From the NCBI RefSeq assembly GCF_004010195.1, contig NC_057718.1:38273191-38337190 (forward strand): 64,000 nucleotides of DNA, given 5' to 3'. The position numbers and the translations under genes are program-made. Shown here in pieces: positions 1-14,584 of this stretch. The notes under the pieces were generated by a model, which saw only the letters and a program-made list of their open reading frames with translations, had not been told where the DNA came from and ran no database searches. Positions within the stretch are counted from its first letter, which is position 1, and every line of letters starts with the position of its first letter. This DNA is from Chiloscyllium plagiosum. Taxonomy: Eukaryota.

Positions 1-3000
1 GTTCAAGTTGGTGATTGATTTTTTTCAGTGGAATTTTAACCATAGAACAGTTACGCACCTTCATTTACATACAGTACATTGAGTGGACAAATTGAATCTG
101 AGACTTTTACTGGTTAACTATAATAGATACATGAGGGAAAAATAATACTAGTTACATTGACGAGTTAAAGTAGAGCAGAAGTCTCAGAACCTAAGCACTA
201 GTTTACAATAGTTAGGTTAAATTACGTATTTAATGGAGTAATTCTTTGTAAACTTATTGAGCACGCACATACAGTAACTTTATGCTACTCAATGCATTTT
301 TGAATGATAAGGCAGACAACAGGATGTAATTTTGCCTAACTAATGACTGAAGTGGCACATCTTTCACATCAATTTGTGGATTTCTGTGGTAACCATGCAC
401 CTGCCTTCACCTCAAGTTAATATGACATTTATGCATAAGTAACACAAACATCATTTGTCCTGTTTTTTTAACAGCATATTGTGGCTCTGTGTTGAGATTT
501 CTGGTTTGTCTCTGTTCCTGATCAAGTGTCACTGGCTTGAAACATCAATTCCGATTCTGTCTCCTTATATGCTGTCAAATTTGCTGAGCATTTCCAGCAT
601 TTTGTTCAGACGTCCACTATCCACAGCACTGTCATTCTGTGCTGACAATAATCATAGATTTGGCACTTGAGCTCTATTTGTTTTAGTTCACTGGTTTATA
701 CATTATGAAAGGTGATAGCTGTTCCAGAAATATCTGCTTAAATTGGCTTTGTGTTTGGACACCGTGGGTGCCTAGTCTTTCCCTAGGACTGTTCAAGAAA
801 GATTTCAGGGAACTTCTGTGGGGTTTGTCATCTTACTTTATATAACTACAGCAAAAAGCAGTTACTTGCTACCCAGCTGCCAAAAGAGAAGTGGAGTCCA
901 TCTGTTGGACAGTTTGATAAAATCTTGTGCTAAATATAAGTTTGTGTGCTGACGTACTTTTGGCAGAAACAGCTCCTCCCTTCCCGTTGCTTCTGTAGAA
1001 GCAGGCAACAAATGAAATTTATGTTGCGCTTAGATCTTTACTAGTGAGTTGCTTGCCAACTTTCAACAAAAGTGCTTTAAAAATGATCTCCATTCCTAAA
1101 TTACTTGTTAATTTCAAACATGTTTTAACTCTCATATTTCCTGCTGCTGCAGAGTCCGCTTCCAAATTTGCATTAAAAAGCCTTTGTTACGATATAAAAA
1201 AAGACTTGTATATGTCCAGCGCTCTGCATGCTTGCTTAATTTCTCAAAGCTTTTTCGAGCCAGTGTTTTAATATTTGTTTTCTAATTAGCCCCTCGATGC
1301 ATTATTCCTTTTATCAGCTTTCTGCAATTGTTTTCTTTCTACTAATGGTAATGAGTATTTAACTGAATCCATTTTCATGGACGTGGGCACACCTTATATG
1401 CATTATTCTAAAATTACTACTATTAATTTTGAGAGTCCAGGCCAGGGAGACTTGTGCCTTCTGCAAGCTTTAACAACTGGGTTTCAGGTATTGCATTTGA
1501 AATTGTTAATCAAGAAAACACATTTTTGTGATGTTAGATTTACTGTCTAAAAAGAATCATCGAGGTTTCTGTCATGTGTGCACTGATTCTGTAAATGAGC
1601 AACGTGCACTGTTCCATTTCCCTCCAACCTCTCCCTATAACTTTGCATGTTCTATCTTTGCTGATAATAATCCATTTCCCTCTTGAATGCCCCTATTGAA
1701 CCAACACAGTTAGTCTCAGTTAGTGCATTCTAGGTCGTAACCATTTGCAGACTCATAAAAAGCTGTTTCTCCTTCCTTCATTGTTTCTTGTATGAATTAC
1801 ACTAAATATGTGTTCGTGATCTTGGCTATGAGCAGGAACAGACTTTCTATCTCCTCTGTTCAGACTCTTGAGGATTTTGATTATCTCCCTCAAATCTCCT
1901 ACCAACCTCCTCTACTCTAAGGAATAGTCACAATTTGTCATCAAAATGGAAATTCCACATCCTGTAACAACTCTTGCGAATGTTTTGTACACTCCTAAGG
2001 TCTTTCCTAAAGTGAACACAATAGTCCAGGTCAAGTCAAACCAATGTTTCATTATCTTTCCATGTTCTTCCTGCCAAAATGTGTCTTTGTGAAGTTCCGC
2101 ACTCCTCACCAGATTGCAGTATTGTCAAGTTTGACATATTCACAAATTTCCAAGTTGTGCCCTGCATGCCAAGATCTAGATCTTTTAATATGTATCAGGA
2201 AGAGCAACGTTCCCAGCACTGGCTCATGTGAATTTACACCTTCCTCCAGTCTGAAAAGCCCTCATTCACCACTGCTTTCTGTTTCCTGTCACTCATCCCA
2301 ATTTATTTCCATGTTGCCATAGTAATGTTTTATTCCTGACCTATAATTTTGCTCACATGTTGAGCACTTTTCACACATCTGATTTCTTTCTTTGCAGCCA
2401 TAGTATATAGAGTGTTCAGATTTTCATTAATTATTCAATTATGTATTTAAAATAACAATTTTGTTTACTAGCTTTCTGCTATTTCTCCTTTTCCTCCTCT
2501 CCTGATAATACTGACTGTTTTGCTCCACAAAATGATTGACCCTGGTTCAGTTACAGTTCCTCATCTGTCTGCGCATTCAATTGTGCATTCGATGGATTTG
2601 TTGGAGTCAAAAGATACCATCTCTTAAAATAGTTCAAAATTCATCCCATTGACCTGATCAATAATGAGTTCCTGGCCTGTTCCTGGCCTGAATTAATCTT
2701 TTGTCTTTTCCATAAAAGATGGATTTGCAGCTTGGAAACTGATTACAACATGCTCCTTTCTGTACTGATTGCAGCAATTGGGCCCATGGAATGTTATTGC
2801 CAAATAACATACAAACGAGTTCTACACAAGTTCAATCCACAGAGTGTAGCACATTGTGATATGGAAGTGCAGGCAAAGTTTAACTGACTGATCATTCTTA
2901 AAGAATTGTAGTTTGAGTTTTTCCTACACTGTCATTCCATATTTTAAGAAAAATTGCTTAAATTATGTTTTACATGTAATTTCTGTAATTTGAGAGTAAG

Positions 3001-4204
3001 ATGTGAGTAATAGACTGAATGGCCATGATGCATTTGGTGGTTGATTCTCAGTCTTAAAATCTTGAATTTGATGACTTGCTAATTTTTGTCCCCAGCTTTA
3101 TCAAAATTTGGACTTCTGCTCTCTAACACTGCCTTCCATCTGCATAAATGCATGAAAAAGCATTTGAAGGCCTCTTGTGTTTTAAAACTGGAAAAGCTCT
3201 GGCTGGGACTGAATTTCAAATGTTCAGTGAGCCTCAGATGACTCATTTCAAGCCGCCATAAAGGCATTAGAGTAGGAATAGATACTGTATGTCACAACAA
3301 TCAAGGCAATCTTTGACCTGTTTTCTGCTGCTAAAATCAAATAAGCACTTTTTCAGCATTGGGCATTGGACAATGATTAGAAGCAAAGTTCTAAAAGATT
3401 CCACTTCTTCCTTTGCCAACCTCTACCTCTTTTCTGTCTTCCCACCCACACTGACTTATGTTGTCCAGGGATGAAGAGTCCTCTTATGACCCATTGTACT
3501 GTCCTGGCTGAGCTGTCCATAGCTTAGAAATACACATGACATTGTGTTTCTTTGCCAAGTTTCAGGTGTTTGTCATTAAAAAATGCTGCAGCAGCTCAGC
3601 AGGTCTGGCAATACTTGTGGAGAGAGACGCAAAGTTAATGTGTCCAGTCCAATAGGACTCTTCTTCAGATTAGACTTGAAACACAGACTGTTTTTCCTTT
3701 TCTACAGATGCTGCGAGACTTGCTGAGTTTCTCCATCATCCGCAGTTTGATTTTAACCCAAGTGTACGTTTTGAGTTAGCAAATGTTACAGAAGTAAAAG
3801 AACAAATGTTATGGCTATTTTAAAAGATGACATTGGCTATTTAAATGTATCTTTGTCCATTGGAGGCAATGGACTGGAAGTATTGTCACTGGACCCAGGT
3901 AATATTAGGCAAGGAATCTTGCAGTGAGTAACTCACCTCCTGACTCCCCAAAGCCTCACCATTAAGTACAAGATGCAAGTCAGGAGTTTAAAGGAATTCT
4001 GAATAGCTTTTGTCCTGAATAGTAGTCAGTAAGGCAAATGAATCATCTTGTTAGTTAAACTGGGTATTTTCACATTTGTGGAGTGGTGCAGATTGATTAT
4101 TGCCATGCTCTTCCCAGATAACAAAGTTAACGATACAGATAATGCAAGTCTCTTATCCTTAGGAAAGTTTCCTCTTCACGCCTTGTTAGTCTTCTGAGAA
4201 AAAT

Positions 4205-5720
4205 AGACAAAAGTAGCGGGAGTATGCCATTGGGCCTTTGAGTCAGCTCTGCCATTGAATATAATCTTGGCTGATCATCCAACTTAGTGTCCTATTGTTG
4301 ACCCCTTTAGCCCCAAAAACTTTATCTCCTTCTTGGAAACATTCCATGTTAAGGCTTTCCCACTTTGTTTCAGAGAATTCCAAAAGCTCACCACTGTCTG
4401 GATGAAGAAATTTCTGTTCACCTCAGCCCTACATCACCTACCCCATATCCTTAGACTATAACCCCTGGTTCTAGACTCTCCAGTCATAGAATCATTTTAG
4501 AACAGAAAGGGGCCCTTTGCCCCATTGACTCTACACTGACAAATTTTTTTCCAAAGCTACACTATTTCCATTTTTCAGCACTAGTCATAGAATCAAACAG
4601 CATGGAAACAGACCCTTTGGTCCAACTTGTCCATGCCAACCAAGTTTTCCCAACTAAAATTGTCCCACTTGCCTGCAGTTGGCCCATATCCTTCTAAACC
4701 TTTTGCTATTCATGTACTTATCCAAATATGTTTTAAATGTAACTGTACCTGCATCTACCATTTCTTCCTCTGGCAGTTTATTCCACGTACAAACTACCCT
4801 CTGTGAGGAAGAAGTTGCCTCTCAGATTCTTTCTCCTCTCATTTTAAAAATATGCCCCCTAGTTATGAACCTCACCACCCAAGGGAAAAGAACTTTGCTA
4901 TTCATCTTATCTTTGCCCTCATGATCTTAGCCTTTAGCCTTGAATGTTGTGACATACCCGTGTACTTTAGAACACCTCACCTTCTCTCTTGGTCAGTGCA
5001 TTCCAGATTCCCACCACTCAGGGTAAAAACATTTTTCCTCACAATGTCTCTAAACGTCCTGCCTTTCACCTTAAAATTATGATCCCTTATTCTCGACCCG
5101 TCAGCGAGGTGGAACAGCTGTTTTTTATCCATCCAGTCCATGGTCTTCATCTGTATAATCTTCTAGATCTCAATCAGGTCCCCTCTCAGCCTATTCCACT
5201 CTCAGAAAATAAACCTGAACCGATCTAGCCCCTCTTCATTGTTAAAATGCTCCAACTAAGGCAATATGCTGATGAATCTCCTCTACACTCCCTCATGTGC
5301 AATCATGTGCTTCCTATTGTGTGATAACCAGAACTGCACAGAGTACTCCAGCTATGGCCTAACCTAAGTTTTGTACAGCTCCAACATAACCTCCCTGCTC
5401 TTATGATCTGTGCCACAACTAATGAAAGGCACATGTCCCATATGCTGCCCTAACTATCCTATTAAGCTGTCCTGTCACCTTCAGTGATCTGTGGACTAGT
5501 GACCCATAATTACTCTGTTACTTCGAGCTTCCTGGAGTCTTGTCATCAAGGAATGTCTTTCCTGTGTTTATCTTGTCAAGTCCTGTTAGAATTTTATAGG
5601 TTTCTATGAGATTCCCACCTCATTCTTCTGAACTCCAGTGGATTTGGTCCTAACTGATCCAGTGTCTCTTATTATGTTAGTCCTGCCATCCCAGGAATCT
5701 GTCAGCCAAATCTTTATTGC
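4205..5720 (-). mobile_element. Three nested CR1-type LINE 3' fragments
   Basis: Outer element breaks at about 4488 and resumes at about 5548. Middle element breaks at about 4585 and resumes at about 4925. Inner element is a HER1-like tail. Confidence 0.65.
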
Positions 5721-6699
5721 GCTTCCCTCCTTGCTGAAGTGTGAAGTCCAGTTGTGGCTTATTGCATTATATAGGGGTTGTATAGAATTTCTTTTTGCTT
5801 TTCTACTCTCTGCTTCTACTTGGATTGTTGCATTTATAAACTGTTTTACAGCTTTTGTCAGCTAGTTTTGTCACCTTCTTAGTTTGCATGTGTAAGAATA
5901 CTCAGATCTCTTTGCTTCTACATAATTTTAACACTACCATTTTGTTCCTCATCCTCCAAATTGCATCCTTTGTTATATTGTAAGGTGCATGTTTGTTGTT
6001 TGCCATTTAGGTATTAGAAGCATTGTTCTGTCATGGGAGAAGAGGCAAAAATATTTTCAAGTTACTAAGTGCTTGTGTATAACCTACAATACGTTAATAG
6101 TTATATTCTACAGAAGTTGCTAATTCCATAAGGCTGCTCTGTGTCATTGGATAGTTTCAGTTTTTATTTGCTATTATCTGGCTTTCTGCCCTTATTTTCA
6201 CTCTTATCACCATTCTCTTCAGTTTTATCGTTCTCATTCTTTACTCCCCCTTCGTGTGCACTTCATTGAAATTGCACCATTCTGTTAGATTACAATTTAA
6301 TGCTTCTCTTATGGTCCTTGCATGGTCAGTGTTTCTTCCAACTTTCCGACATGATTTTCTTTCAGATATCAAATGTGTTGTATGATATGTTCATTGAATG
6401 TGCAGTCTTTTAATATTAGTTGATTCTTTACCAAGAGCTTAAAACTCTGAGTTGTTTTTCATAATTTTTTTCCTTTCTCAAACCATTATTAATTGTATAG
6501 AATTTAAACATTGCTAAAAGGAAACAAAATGTCTCAGCCTTTTGAGTTGCAGTTATTAGGACAAAGATGCAAGAAATTGATTTGGGGCTATAAAGGGATA
6601 CTGTTGTCTAGCATGAGAAGTCAGTGCCGATTGGTTGGGTCTTCATTGACCTGGAGATGCAATGGGAACATTGTTCTCAAACCAAACAGACTCTTTGGT

Positions 6700-7035
6700 A
6701 TTTGCGGGATATGGCCAGGCCAGCAATTATTACCTGGAGGGCAGTTCAAAGACAGCCACATTGCACTTGATTTGGAGTTGCATGTAAGCCAGACCAGATA
6801 GGGACTGAAATTTCTTCCCTAAAGGACATGAACCTTCCCTAAACCAGATTGGAATTTTTTTCCTGACAACTGGTCAAGATTTCATGGCCATCACTATCCT
6901 CCTAATTCCAGATTTTTATTAAATTCAAATTCCATCATCAACCATGCTCGGATTTGAACCTGGGTCACCAGAGCACTACTTGGATCTCTGGCTTAATAGT
7001 CTAGTGATCATACAACTAGGTCATCCCCTCCCCAT
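6700..7035 (-). mobile_element. tRNA-derived SINE, second family
   Basis: B-box-like ggttcaaatcc on the minus strand. Homologous along its length to 62215-62550. Confidence 0.65.
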
Positions 7036-8383
7036 AATGAGTCAAACTGTGGCCATGAAAACAAAGCAAAGTTTGGAAGTCTCCATGATCCCTATTTTCC
7101 CACAAAAAAAAGTGCAATTATGTATGAATTTCTTTCACCTATGTAAAGCAGGATCCTGTGTGTTAATATGAAGAGTTTCTAGCAAGTGCACATGTAATAC
7201 ACTCTGAGCAAAATAGATGAGCTTTAATTCTTAGCCTGGATTATTTAATAAATTCTGTCCAATTGTTGAATTACAGCTAATGTTGTTGACAATTGTTTGA
7301 GGCTTGCACGCAGGGGTTGATTGAGAATGATCAGTATTCTCCCCAAAACAAATGATCAATGGGATGTGTATGGTCAAGCGCACATCAGGAGTACAGTCGA
7401 AGTACCTGGCAATACACCTGCACTGAAATTCTCATCTGTGTGGAAGGCCGAAATCTTTATCGCTCAATGGTAGAGTCCTCTTGGTGGAGAAGGCCACCCA
7501 TATAGGTTATCTGCAAATTAACAACTTAACACAGCTTCATCTACAAATGAGGTACCTTCTACAATCAAGGTAATCTGAGGCATTTTGGACAACTTGTGGA
7601 ATAAAATGGTTGACAAAAAAAAAACCGTTTGTTCAGACCTATTATAAGATACTTGCAGTGCAGGTGGGACTTGAACCTGGACCTCCTGACTCTGTTGAAA
7701 TAGTACCATGGCCCTTTGTAGGCCCTTGCTTTGTGTAGGCAAAAGGAATATATACAGCCATTGCATCATTTACATTGGAAAAAGGAGAAGTCATGGGGAC
7801 TGTCAATTTCTGGTGCGTGTTTGGAATTTATTCTGTGAACTAAGATCAATTGTTAACTGTTCTTGCTGCACCCTCAATCAGTCAGCACCCTCTTCTCCTG
7901 ATCCTGATCAGTTCAAAGTGAAAAGCTTTGATGATGTGACTCCTTTTTAGCATTGTTCATCCTCTTTCCATCCAAATGTTTCTCAATGTAGTCGATAATT
8001 CAACAGTTGCCACTCAGTATGTGAACTGAGCCATTCTTTCAGTTCAATAATTAACCTGTCAGTGACAGGGCATAACGTAGCGCATTTTTTTAAGATTCAC
8101 TTGAATGCAACAATGCACATCATAGCTGCTACACTCACCAGCCCTTCCCTTGCTTCCTGTCCTCTCATACATCACTCTCCCCACACATTCATCAACTGGT
8201 GAAAACTCTCACTGATTCAAGCGATCTGTGCTGTACCTCAGTTTCTCATTCCATAATGATCCGTTTGATTGACTTCCTGCCCACCTACTATCTCGTTCCT
8301 CCATATGGAACAAGATCCATCAGCAGACATCCTTTGGATCAAGGTGTGTGAAACAAGGGAAGTTGCGTGTGACAAACCCCCAT

Positions 8384-8755
8384 CAATTGATGTTTATAAA
8401 ATCATGAGGGGCATGGGTTGGATAAATAGAAAAAGTCATTTCCCTGGGGTTGGGGGAGTCCAGAACTCGAGGGCATAGGTTTAGGATAAGAGGGGAAAGA
8501 TATAAAAGGGACCTAAGGGGCATCTTTTTCATGCAGAGGGTGTTAAGTGGATGGAATGAGCTGCCAGAGGAAGTGCTGGAGGCTTGCACAGTTGCAACAT
8601 TTAAAAGGCATTTGGATGTGTCTATGAATAGGAAGGGTTTGGAGGGATATGGGCCAAGTGCTGGCAGGTGGGGCTAGATTGGGTTGGGATATCTGGTCGG
8701 CATGGACAAGTTGGACCGAAGGATCTGTGTCCGTGCTGTACATCTCTGACTCTAT
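8384..8755 (+). mobile_element. CR1/HER1-like LINE 3' end
   Basis: TRGHRFRIRGERYKRDLRGIFFMQRVLSGWNELPEEV is a CR1 ORF2 C-terminus, followed by the family tail. Confidence 0.9.
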
Positions 8756-9999
8756 AATTGAATGGCATGTTTTGAACTACCATGGTGAGATTGGTTCATG
8801 CTAAACAGATAAGAGAACTAGGCTCCTGCACATCCAATCTGCACCACGAAATCTTTGTTACAAATGAGTTTGAAGTAGTGGGGTACAAAACACGTTGCAC
8901 CAACCCAGGAGTGACCATCTGCAGATTACGTGGTGGACAGACAACTTAAATTCAACAAATGGGGAGGCGATCATTTTGCTCTGGGTATTTCCATTCACAG
9001 AATAAAGCTAATTTCGAGTGAAATAATTGAAGAATCCTAATTTTATTTTCCGTGGGTTAAATTGGGGAGAAGTCAGAGAGTGCTTGAATTGTAACTTTAG
9101 ACTGGCATTTAGTAAGTTGTTCGGCAATGTTTTTGTATGTGTATTTTCATTGACTTGGCTAAACATTACCAATGACTCACGAGGATGTCAAAAGCGATCT
9201 GAGTAACAAATGTCCTTTGAATGTTATGCATTCTAGGTATGATGTGGAGGTTAGCTACAGAATTGTCTGCTTCTGGTGATTTATGGGCATATAGTTTCCA
9301 TATAGGGTCACTAATCTGAAGCTTGAAGGTAATTCATTAATTGAGCAATTTCTTTAACCAAAATTTAAATTCAAATTTAATTGCATCTGAAGCATATAAA
9401 TAATAAGGAAAAATCAAACTAGACTTTCATCATTCACTTCCTAGCTGGGTACAGGTCATCATTAGCAACAAATAATGTGCTAATTACTGGCAATACTGTA
9501 AATCTGAAGCCAAAGAAAGTTAGGATTATTTAGATTAATTTCTAAATATGGGATAAGGAAGCAAGTTAATATTTTGGGTGTGCATACTTTTTCTGAATTG
9601 GCTGTTCAATGTTTGGATCCAAACCCAGAATGCGCATGCATTTCTTCTCTCTCCAACTGTGAACTGACTATTGTGTGATGAGCATTATCTATATTAGTAG
9701 ATTCTTGGCATTATTTGACAATGTTTCGGGGTAAAGAGACAAAAAAGGACTCAATATTCAACCCTCTATGTGATGCGTGGTACTTTTGTGTTGACTGAAC
9801 ATAAGATGTTAAGATAAACATCTAGATTTAGCATTCACTGTCAAAATGATGATGCACACCACTGACCTTAAATAACATTGCCCACAAATTCAAGTGATCA
9901 GTGTGTTATGGATTTCCCTTTCCCGACATTACTTTGAATCTAGCATGAAGTTAGAAAGATCTCGAGACAAAGGGCAACAATTATGCTGTCATTGGATGT

Positions 10000-10930
10000 G
10001 GGCATAAGAGGTATTGTTATTAAGTTTGCAGATGACACCAAAATTAGAGATGTCGTGGACAGTGAAGAAGATTACAACAAGATCTTGACCAGATGGGCAA
10101 ATGGGTTGAGGAGTGGCAGATGGAGTTTAATTTAGATAAATGTGAGGTGCTCCATTTTGGGAAAGCAAATCTTAGCAGGACTTATACACTTAATGGTAAG
10201 GTCCTCAGGAGTGTTGCTGAGCAAAGTGACCTTGGAGTGCAGGTTCATAGCTCCTTGAAAGTGGAGTTGCAGGTTGATAGGATAGTGAAGGTGGCGTTTG
10301 GTATGCTTTCTTTTAGTGATCAGAATATTGAGTACAGGAGTTGGGAGGTCATGCTAGGCCACTGTTGGAATATTGCGTGCAGTTCTGGTCTCCTTCCTAT
10401 CAGAAAGATGTTGTGAAACTTGAAAGGGTTCAGAAAAGATTTACAGCCAGGGTTGGAAGATTTGAGCTACAGTGAGAGGTTGAAAAAGCTGAGGCTGTTT
10501 TCCCTGGAGCGTCGGAGGCTGAGGGGTGACCTTATAGAGGTTTATAAAATGAGGGGCATGGATAGGATAAATAGGCAAAGTTTTTTCCCTGGGGTGGGGG
10601 AGTACAGAACTAGAGGGCATTGTTTTAGGGTGAAAGGGGGAAGATATAGAAGAGACCTTAAGGACAATATATAAAAGAGACCTAAGGGACAACTTTTTAT
10701 GCAGAGGGTGGTATGTGTATGGAATGAGCTGCCAGAGGAGTGGTGGAGGCTGGTACAATTACAACATTTAAAAGACATCTGGATGGGTATATGAATAGGA
10801 AGGGTTTGGAAGGATGTAGGCCGGGTGCTGGCAGGTGGGACTAGATTGGGTTGGGATATCTGGTCGGTATGGACGATTTGGACCGCAGGGTCTGTTTCCG
10901 TGCTGTACATCTCTATGACTCTGTGGCTCT
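10000..10930 (+). mobile_element. CR1/HER1-like LINE, RT end plus tail
   Basis: aagtttgcagatgacacc (KFADDT), WQMEFNLDKCEVLHFG, LFSLERRRLRGDLIEVYK. Confidence 0.92.
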
Positions 10931-11669
10931 ATAAATAAATGACAACTTTAAAGTATTCTCATAACAAATCAGGAAGTAAAATACGCCAACATGTATACAC
11001 TTTCACTAAATTTTAGAGATGATTAATTAAACGTGCAGATTAAGAGAAGCTGAAGTTGTCCAGACTTTATGGAAAAAAAATTCCAAATTGTGGATTTTAT
11101 CTGAAATGAAAATATTCACATTTCACAAACTCAATTTGATTTTCAAAGACCATGAAATTCTCAGCAATAATTGTGAACTTAGTTCACTGTTCAAGCCGTT
11201 TTACACTTTATTTAGCAAGAATTGCTTTCTCATAGATATTTGCAGCAATACTAATTGCATAAGAGGACAAATTATTTCATGTTTGCTGATGATTGTATTC
11301 TGGAGAGCTTCAGATCAAAGCATGGGCTGTATGTGTATGGATACCAGACATTGCTGAGAATGTAAGAGCAATACTAACAGTAAATGCTGACAATTTCAAC
11401 ATTAATACTACCACAAAATCTGTGCCAAATTGTTTTCTCCATTCTACCAATTGTCTGACTAATGAATTATAAAATAAAAATGACATGTTTTGATTTACGG
11501 ACTATATAAAAAAAATGTTTCTCATAATGCTGTATGCCAGATTGTTGCAGCTTGTTGATGTTGAGGATTTCTGTGACAGGTTTGAGCCATTGCCATCCTC
11601 TCAGTTTTGAATATTGGTATCCCATCTTGTCCTCAATTTTCAATTTAACCCAAGTAAAGTAATAGTGCA

Positions 11670-12300
11670 GAGTCAAAGTGTGGCCCTGGAAAACCTCAGC
11701 AGGTCAGACAGCATCCGAGAAACAGGAGAGTCGACATTTCGGGCATAAACCCTTTGTCAGGAATGTGGAGGGGGAAGGGGGCTGAGAGATGATTAGGAGG
11801 GTTTGGGTGGGGCTGGGGGAGTTGGTGGCTGGGAAGGCAGATGCAGGTGGGGGCTGATTCTGTTAGGTCCGTGGGGAGGGTGGATTGGATAGGTGGGAAG
11901 GAAGACGCTTAGGTCAGAGGGCAGTGCCGATTTGGAGGGTTAAATGAAAGATACTGTGGGGGGAGGGGAGATTTGGAAATGAGTGAAGTCTATGTTCATG
12001 CCATGTGTTTGAAGGGTGCCAAGGCAGAAGATGAGGCGTTCTTCCTCCAGGCTTCGGATGACTTGTATTTGGCAATGGAGGCGGCCCAGGACTTGTATGT
12101 CCTTGGTGGAGTGGAAGAGGGAGTTGATTGGTGGGCCACAGGGCGGTGGGTTGTTTGGTGTGTGTCCCAGAGATGTTCTCTGAAATGCTTCATGACTTGG
12201 CATTGCATTTCCCCGATGTAGAGGAGAATACATCGAGATGTGAAAAGATCCTTTGGGGCCTTGGATGGAGGTGAGGGGCGGATGTTTGAGCACAAGCTTA
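11670..12300 (-). mobile_element. 5'-truncated Penelope-like element (GIY-YIG remnant plus pLTR)
   Basis: Frameshifted LLYIGE...HFREHL and LEEERLIFCLGTLQTHGMNIDF. Decayed HHR CTGACAA-AGGGTTTATGCCC-GAAATGTC at about 11730-11763. Confidence 0.85.
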
Positions 12301-13714
12301 AATTGCATCCAGAGTATACTGTTGATGAAGTGATCTTCAAGATGGCGGAGGTGACAGGGTAGGTGGTTTTTCGGCTCCCATTTGTCCGCTACCACTTGAA
12401 TGACCGACCGCATCCTTTCTGTTTTAATTTTACTTTTCTTCCTTTAAATTTTGAATCAGATTCATGTTCTCTTCTTCCTATGGCTGCGGTGGTGGAGAGA
12501 GGTTGCGGGGAGCTGTTGAGCAGGTGGTCTGGTCCATTTCTTGTGGCCATGGTGATCGCAACTTGAGTGACTGTTCCATCATTGATGAATTGGGGTCTAT
12601 TCTGTTCCTCTGATATTTTGGCAGGGTCTGCAGCAGTGGCAGAGTGACTGTCCTCTCGGTCCTGGGGAGTTAATTTTGGATGTTCGATCGGTTCTTGTAA
12701 GTTCAGATGGGTACTGGTCTTCGAGAGTTTGAACAGTCATCTAGAAGGGTAGGAATAATAGAAGGCAAGGGAAAGAAAAGCAACGGAAAGAACTGGTGAG
12801 GGGAAGCTGAGAAGGAAGGAATTGCAGCATCAAATCATTGAAGAGAGGTCTGAAAATTTGAAATCTTTTTAAACATCTTTCAGAAACATTAAATGTTACT
12901 ACTGTTTGTTGAAGAACATTGACTATAATGTTAACTTATTTTGTTGGAATACAGTTACTTCTGCTAGAACACATGTTTCTCCAACATGAATTGGCTTTAA
13001 CACTATTGAAGAATGCCGAATGTTATTTGTAGAACGCAAACTTTCCTTACTGTATTGGCAATAACGCGATTCCGATCTCATTAGTTATTGTGCCATTTTC
13101 TTTGAATGCAAGATTGCACACTATCGGAAATATCACGTTACATCAGAACTGACTGTATGTGCTTTTACGTAAACAAAAAATAAAGTGACGTCACAGTCCA
13201 AGGTCTGAGGGACAACTGAGTTTACTTTCAACCTCACTAGATGTGAAAAAAATCCCACGGAACTACTTTAAGAAGAACAGAGGAATTTCCCTAAGCCCTG
13301 GCCAATATTTATCACTGAATTGGATGCTTAGAATTGAATCATTTGTGGATGCTTCCTGTGTACAAATGGATGCTGTATTTCTCCAAGTGTCTCAGTAGTG
13401 AGTGTCACAATTTGAGACAGGAATATCATGAACATCTGCATATGTAAGCTGTTTATTTGTCTATTTTTCATGTCCTAAATTTGTACTTTGTTGGATGTAA
13501 TAGGAGCATAGAAATAGGAATAGGCCATTCAGTCCCTTGAGCCTGCTTCAATATTCAGTGACAACATGGCTGATCTGTGGCCTAACTCCACATATTTGGC
13601 TTTGGCCTGTATCCTTTAATATCTTTGCTAAACAAAAGTTTAACACTCATATTTGAAATAATCTAGCATCAAATACCATTTGTGGAAGGGAGTTCCAAAC
13701 ATCTACCACCCCTT

Positions 13715-14584
13715 GAGAAGGTAACCAATCAGTTGGATGAGGATAAAGCGATTGATGTGGTGTATATGGATTTCAGTAAGATGTTTGATAAGGTTCCCCA
13801 CTGTAGGCTATTGCACAAAATACGGAGGCATGGGATGGAGGGTGATTTAGCAGTTTGGATCAGAAATTGGCTAGCTGAAAAAAGTCAGAAGGTGGTTGAT
13901 GGGAAATATTCATCCTGGAGTTCAGTTACTAGTGGGGTACAGCAAGAATCTGTTTCATGTCCACTTTTTGTCAATTTTATAAATGACCTGAATGAGGGCA
14001 TAGAAGGATGGGTTAGTAAATTTGCGGATGACACTAAGGTCAGTAGAGTTGTGGATTGTGACAAAGGATATTGTAGGTTACAGAAAGACATAGATAAGCT
14101 GTGGAACTGGGCTGAGAGGCAGAAAATAGAGTTTAATGCAGAAAAGTGTGAGGGATTCACTTTGGAAGGAGTAACAGAGCACTGGGCTAATGGTAAGATT
14201 CTTGGTAGATGAGCAGAGAGATCTCGGTGTCCAGGTATATAGATTCTTGTCACCCAGGTAGATAAGGTTGCTAAGAGGCCATATGGTGTGTTGGTTTTTC
14301 CTTGGATGGCGATGGCTAGCATGAAGGGGACATAGCTTTAAATTGAGGGGTGATAGATATAGGACAGATGTCAGAGGTAGTTTCTTTACTCAGAGAGCTG
14401 TAGGGGTGTGGAATGCACTGCCTGTAATAATAGTAGACCTGCTGACATTTAGGGCATTTAAGTGGTCATTGGATAGCCATATGGATGAGAATGGAATAGT
14501 GTAGGTTAGATGGGCTTCAGATTGGTTCCACAGATCGGCGCAACATTGAGGGCCTGTACTGTGCTGTAATGTTCTATGTTCTAA
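13715..14584 (+). mobile_element. CR1 RT fragment nested in an older minus-strand CR1 (about 13505-15030)
   Basis: DVVYMDFSKMFDKVPH...SKFADDTK. Ends in a gttctat repeat tail. Confidence 0.88.

Noticed and set aside
10640..10695. Tandem duplication of about 27 nt (ata..agagacct.a.ggacaa)
   Set aside because: Ordinary slippage inside a CR1 copy.
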